This document shows, piece by piece, positions 16,799-20,467 of a stretch of DNA of 20,467 nt; within the stretch, counting starts at the first letter, position 1; each line of letters starts with the position of its first letter. A program made the position numbers and the translations under genes. The notes below the pieces were generated by a model that saw nothing but the letters and a program-made list of their open reading frames with translations, was not told the origin of the DNA and searched no databases. Origin of the DNA: a bacterium (GTDB lineage: Bacteria; Bdellovibrionota_C; UBA2361; CALJRW01); the NCBI GenBank assembly GCA_031385045.1, contig JANNBC010000047.1:1-20467 (forward strand). The letters are read 5' to 3'.

Positions 16799-16966
16799 AA
16801 ATTACTGCTAACGACTTTAATAGGTTGGAGAATAACAAATCTTCCATCCTTAAGGAAATAAAATCTTTTTAAGTCCATGGCAAGACACTCTTTCACCAGA
16901 AAATAGTAGAACAAGACCAATAGACTATTAATAAATACGAATTTACCGAAAATCTTGGATAAAACC

Positions 16967-18148
16967 CTAGTACTCTTTCCAGCAAGAAATAACTGAAAAA
17001 TCTTCCCCTTCCAAGATTTCTAATGCTTGCTGAGCAGCTTCTTCCCTACACCAAATAAATCGATCTAATGCTTGTAAAAAGCGAGGCTCAAAAGCAAAAT
17101 TAAACTCATCAATCAAAGCACGCCAAGCTGGGAAACGAGACCCGAGAGGCTTAGCAGGATCATGATCTTGGAAATAGGCTTCAAAAATTACCTGCTGACT
17201 AATGCCCCATTTATTCACTAGCAGTTCTAGTAAGGCAATTTCGGTTTGATAGGCCCCACTCTCAGGATTTTCAATTTGCTGGGCGATAGATACTGGAACC
17301 AATAACCTAGTTAAATATTCAGTAACGGCTTCATTTAACCAACCAAAATGTGGGTCACTTTCTGTAGCAATATCGTAGGGATCACTAAAAGCAAAACCAC
17401 CTCTTTGTAAGCAGATATCTAAACCATCCTGCTCCTCGCGAGCAACAATTGATGTTCCTGCAATAGCATGGAAAAGCTCATGAAAAAAGTCGGCGTGATC
17501 ATTAGCATCCAGATCAATTGACTGCACAAGGATTGTTCGTGTCTGCCCTGCAAAGCAGATACAGTGATATGGAGTTCGAAAAAAATCTTGGACTAGTACA
17601 TCGACATCACTTAACTTTTTCCAAACTTGCTCTTCGCTAATTGGGATAATCCCACCATGAATTAGGGGACGAAGTCCTCTCACGAATTCCGCCTTGATAC
17701 TTTCAAATCTTTTTTCTAAAACTTTCTGACTCCCTTCAAGCTCTGATAAGTTTTGATGATAAGCTTTTAAAAACCAAGTTGAATTACTTCCCGAAAGGTG
17801 TTCCAAAATTACTTTGCCACCGATTTGAAATCCCTCATCCGTATCACGAATATGAATTGGAAGATTGATTAACTCTCGATCCGCAGCCCAGGAGACTAAG
17901 GAATTAAGTAACTCAGGAGCAAGTTTTAAAGAGCTAAACATGGAGGCACGTAGACTTGCGAAATCACGAGTCAGTTCAGCGGGCATTCGACTAGCAAAAG
18001 CATCCTTAGAAATTGGTCTAAAACGTTCCAAATCCAAACGAGATAATGCTGGCAACTTGTGTAATGACAAGAATTGATCCCGATCAAGCGGCTCTGCTTG
18101 ATTTTCATAAATTCTATAATCAGCAGGTAGTCTAACTAAACGAGACAT
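16967..18148 (-). CDS. Putative gluzincin-type zinc metalloprotease of unknown family
   Basis: FFHELFHAIA (HExxH, 17468-17482) and a downstream WLNEAVTEYL resembling the thermolysin-type third-ligand helix (GxxNExxSD). No signal peptide. Confidence 0.7.
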   Translation of the reverse strand: MSRLVRLPADYRIYENQAEPLDRDQFLSLHKLPALSRLDLERFRPISKDAFASRMPAELTRDFASLRASMFSSLKLAPELLNSLVSWAADRELINLPIHIRDTDEGFQIGGKVILEHLSGSNSTWFLKAYHQNLSELEGSQKVLEKRFESIKAEFVRGLRPLIHGGIIPISEEQVWKKLSDVDVLVQDFFRTPYHCICFAGQTRTILVQSIDLDANDHADFFHELFHAIAGTSIVAREEQDGLDICLQRGGFAFSDPYDIATESDPHFGWLNEAVTEYLTRLLVPVSIAQQIENPESGAYQTEIALLELLVNKWGISQQVIFEAYFQDHDPAKPLGSRFPAWRALIDEFNFAFEPRFLQALDRFIWCREEAAQQALEILEGEDFSVISCWKEY

Positions 18149-18336
18149 GGCTTACATAAAAAAACATATGTGAAAGACAATAGCAGTTTATTAAACTTAA
18201 GAAAGAAATTAATTGGGGATAGATTCTCGTAGCTAAATGATGGTAAGCGAGAGTCTCAAAAATTTAAGCTTCCATCGAATCAGAACCAATAACCTAAATA
18301 AATATGACGATTACAGACAAATATCTCATACTAAAT

Positions 18337-18891
18337 TCAAGACATTAAACTAAGCAGATCAATTGCTTCAAGATTATTGTTCTCAACTAAAACCCAACCA
18401 TCTAACTGAGCGACATGCACCTTCACCCACCACATCGAAACAGGCTCCTTCAGAACATCAACCCAACACCTGCGCCCATCTGGCTTGCCCAAACATCGTT
18501 TTTTGCTAGTAGCAATTTTTGTTATGTAGAAATTGCCATTTTGACTAATACGTGTTTGGCCTTCTGCCACATCATCTAAAATATAAATAAGCTTAGCTGG
18601 ATCTAGACCAAGAGTCCTATCATAAGGCAGGCCCTTCATTTTAGCCTCCCCTGGGATAACATGGACATCCCCAGTTAATGTTTTTACTGTCGTCTCCGGA
18701 GGCAACTTTGAGATCACTTGAGACTGCTTACTGGCCTCGGCATAAACTGAAGTTAATTGATGCACCCTCCAATCTCCGTAAGAACAACCTTCGAATGGAC
18801 AGACATCTTTACTGATATACAAAGAGCCAATCTCCTCAGCTGAGGTTGTAATTGAAAACAAAACTAAGAAAGTAAAAAGGATCAGTTTCAT
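18337..18891 (-). CDS. Secreted hypothetical protein, possibly SH3-like, four Cys
   Basis: Signal peptide (TSA-E), CPFEGC motif, VYAEAS..S.VI..L and WWVKV.....GWV strands typical of bacterial SH3-like folds. Confidence 0.65.
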   Translation of the reverse strand: MKLILFTFLVLFSITTSAEEIGSLYISKDVCPFEGCSYGDWRVHQLTSVYAEASKQSQVISKLPPETTVKTLTGDVHVIPGEAKMKGLPYDRTLGLDPAKLIYILDDVAEGQTRISQNGNFYITKIATSKKRCLGKPDGRRCWVDVLKEPVSMWWVKVHVAQLDGWVLVENNNLEAIDLLSLMS

Positions 18892-18920
18892 ATTTTCAAA
18901 TTAAAATTTAAGACTAAAGA

Positions 18921-19215
18921 GCCTTGGCCTAGAACCTTCAAGCAGATTTAGCTATCAGGCGACTTGATAATATGCACTTAGTTATAGAATCACAATACTA
19001 AAGAAATGAGACTTTAAATATTTTCTAAGTGGCATCAATGATCACCTAGGGCTATACTAACCTCTTTGATGGTGTCAATACAATCAGCCCAAGCTTCTTA
19101 GGCTATCAATTATTGGTAGTGATTGCAGGTAAGATTTAGTTTAGTATTATTGCAAAGCATAAATAAAAACTCTTAGAATCTCCCACGTGGAAGAAGCAAA
19201 ATAGCTAAGTGATCA
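18921..19215. other. Third structured intergenic block, including a closed multibranch domain of about 177 nt (candidate ncRNA)
   Basis: CACTTAG/CTAAGTG hairpin (18975-19031). Closing stem TGATCAC..GCTAT(19039-19055)/ATAGC..GTGATCA(19201-19215) encloses ATACTAA/TTAGTAT, CAATCA/TGATTG and CTATCAAT/ATTGGTAG. Confidence 0.4.
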
Positions 19216-19270
19216 AATAAATCAATATTTTACTTTTAATGATTAAACCTACTTTCCAAGGTGATAAATA

Positions 19271-19885
19271 ATGATTAAGAAAAACTTTAATATTCAAGAA
19301 TTACTATTCAACTTTGCGGTTGCAGATATCTTTGCCTTTTTTGTCTATCAAAATTTCAAATATTACTTAAATACTGGCTCAATTAGCACACTACTTTTTT
19401 TAATGTTTGAAGCACTGGTTGTAATCCTAGTACTTATTAGGCCGGCACCTTTTTCCTATAGTAAATCACCCAAAGAATGGACGGTTGCATTTATTGGGAC
19501 CTACTTTCCAGCGCTACTGATTTCTGGCTTACAAAGCTTTGAAGGACGAGAATTATTCTTAATCCCTCAAATCATCGGCATTATGATATCATTTGCTGGA
19601 ATCTTAAGTCTTAACCGAAGCTTTGGTATTGTTCCTGCAAATCGGGGAATTAAAACTACAGGGATATATAGATATATTCGCCACCCACTCTATGCGGGTT
19701 ATATACTTTCTAACACTAGCTTCCTAATACAAAATTTTTCCATCTGGAATCTGTTAGTAATCTTAGCTGTCTTTTCTGCTTTTATTTTTAGAATTTTTTA
19801 CGAAGAAAATTTCTTATCCCAGGATGCAGAATATCTAGCTTACATGAGCCAGACTAAAGCCCGCTTACTCCCTTATGTTTGGTAA
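19271..19885 (+). CDS. Isoprenylcysteine carboxyl methyltransferase / PEMT-family membrane methyltransferase
   Basis: LNRSFGIVPANRGIKTTGIYRYIRHPLYAGY, RIFYEENFL and Y..Y......RLLPYVW. SD-like AAGGTGA upstream. Confidence 0.9.
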   Translation: MIKKNFNIQELLFNFAVADIFAFFVYQNFKYYLNTGSISTLLFLMFEALVVILVLIRPAPFSYSKSPKEWTVAFIGTYFPALLISGLQSFEGRELFLIPQIIGIMISFAGILSLNRSFGIVPANRGIKTTGIYRYIRHPLYAGYILSNTSFLIQNFSIWNLLVILAVFSAFIFRIFYEENFLSQDAEYLAYMSQTKARLLPYVW

Positions 19886-20056
19886 ATAGCTATTTAATCT
19901 ACCCAAAGATTTCTTCTCAAAATTTGAATTCTGATATGTGATAAAAATAAAATTTACTATTCTAATATTTTAAAAAAATAGAGACAAAAAAGCATAAATA
20001 CCAGATGTGAATCTCATGGCCTTAATCGGTTTTAATCAATATTTTCAAGAGGTTTT

Positions 20057-20347
20057 ATGTTTATAAGTTTACGAATAAAGCAATTATTAGTTATAGCCTG
20101 CACCCTAGTTCTCTTCCTACCAAGTATCGGACTAGCTCAGACAACTGAGTATAACAGCAAATACTTACAACTTTCGGGACCTTTAGGGCACCTTGAGGCC
20201 TCTACACAAAACTTTACAGTCAATGAAATTAGCGGGGGGTTTATGATACAGGCTGACTTACTTAATCAGTTAAATGCAGATGGAAAATATTATCCAATAG
20301 GCTCAAGTTTCATAATGATTAACATCCGGCGTAGCCGCGCGTTTTAG
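20057..20347 (+). CDS. Secreted hypothetical protein, possibly truncated
   Basis: AGAGG RBS, signal peptide (GLA-Q) and beta-rich mature part. Ends 12 bp before the putative IS end. Confidence 0.55.
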   Translation: MFISLRIKQLLVIACTLVLFLPSIGLAQTTEYNSKYLQLSGPLGHLEASTQNFTVNEISGGFMIQADLLNQLNADGKYYPIGSSFIMINIRRSRAF

Positions 20348-20359
20348 AGCCAGTATTAA

Positions 20360-20467
20360 TGATAGATTCGCATAGTTTTTCTCCATCTTCAAGCGCAAAG
20401 TTTTTTCTGTAAGCATTTATCCACAAACATCTGAGGTGTAATTCCCCCAAGTGTTCCATGAGGACGC
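20360..20467 (-). mobile_element. Right end of an IS3-family (or related rve/DDE) insertion sequence, running off the window
   Basis: Transposase C-terminus on the minus strand stops at 20389. The candidate terminal inverted repeat begins TGATAGATTCGCATAGTTTTTCTCCA at 20360, consistent with the 5'-TG...CA-3' ends of IS3-family elements. Confidence 0.65.
20389..20466 (-). CDS. C-terminal fragment of an integrase-core (rve) transposase, 5'-partial
   Basis: Manual translation RPHGTLGGITPQMFVDKCLQKKLCA* matches the YN..RPH..LG..TP..F motif that ends IS3/IS481 integrase cores. Not in the supplied ORF track. Confidence 0.75.
   Translation of the reverse strand, partial: RPHGTLGGITPQMFVDKCLQKKLCA

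Noticed and set aside
16687..18077. ORFs 16687-16920 and 17865-18077 as extra components of the protease-AAA module
   Set aside because: The first overlaps the AAA start by 112 bp out of frame with no motif or RBS; the second is antisense within the protease gene. A small gene in the gap cannot be fully excluded without ribosome profiling.
19883..19896. Perfect 14-bp palindrome TAAATAGCTATTTA over the methyltransferase stop codon
   Set aside because: Almost all A/T with no loop or U-tract; too weak to call a terminator or operator.
20341..20350. GTTTTAGAGC, identical to the start of type II-A CRISPR repeats and the sgRNA scaffold
   Set aside because: Single 10-bp match, the following bases diverge, and there is no repeat-spacer periodicity or cas gene.
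1..20467. tRNA, rRNA, tmRNA, SRP RNA or known riboswitch
   Set aside because: No cloverleaf with a T-loop GTTCRA context, rRNA-like segment or recognisable Rfam consensus was seen in the intergenic regions by eye.

Overview
AT-rich bacterial window, possibly a whole contig bounded by repeats, with a mosaic of mostly unlinked genes. The left part holds a probably truncated tandem-DUF3592 membrane protein, a partial pseudaminic-acid locus (PseG-PseH-like fusion, Wzx-like flippase, PseI) and acetyl-CoA synthetase. The middle holds two lipoproteins, two EamA/DMT transporters flanking an FAD oxidoreductase, HemJ, a divergent GDPD, an orphan LivJ-like binding protein and DUF2805. The right part holds an uncharacterised co-oriented pair (gluzincin-type metalloprotease plus classical AAA ATPase with an unknown N-domain), a Cys-containing secreted protein and an ICMT/PEMT-family methyltransferase. 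The right edge carries the 3' end of an IS3-like transposase and its likely terminal repeat, which the ORF track missed. Two things stand out. First, the protease/AAA pair. Second, the larger intergenic regions (about 5-141, 7289-7568, 14886-15283, 18921-19215) are filled almost end to end with imperfect hairpins, several closed by recurring CACTTA...TAAGTG or TGAC...GTCA arms. All family calls come from motif recognition by eye; no searches or folding programs were run.
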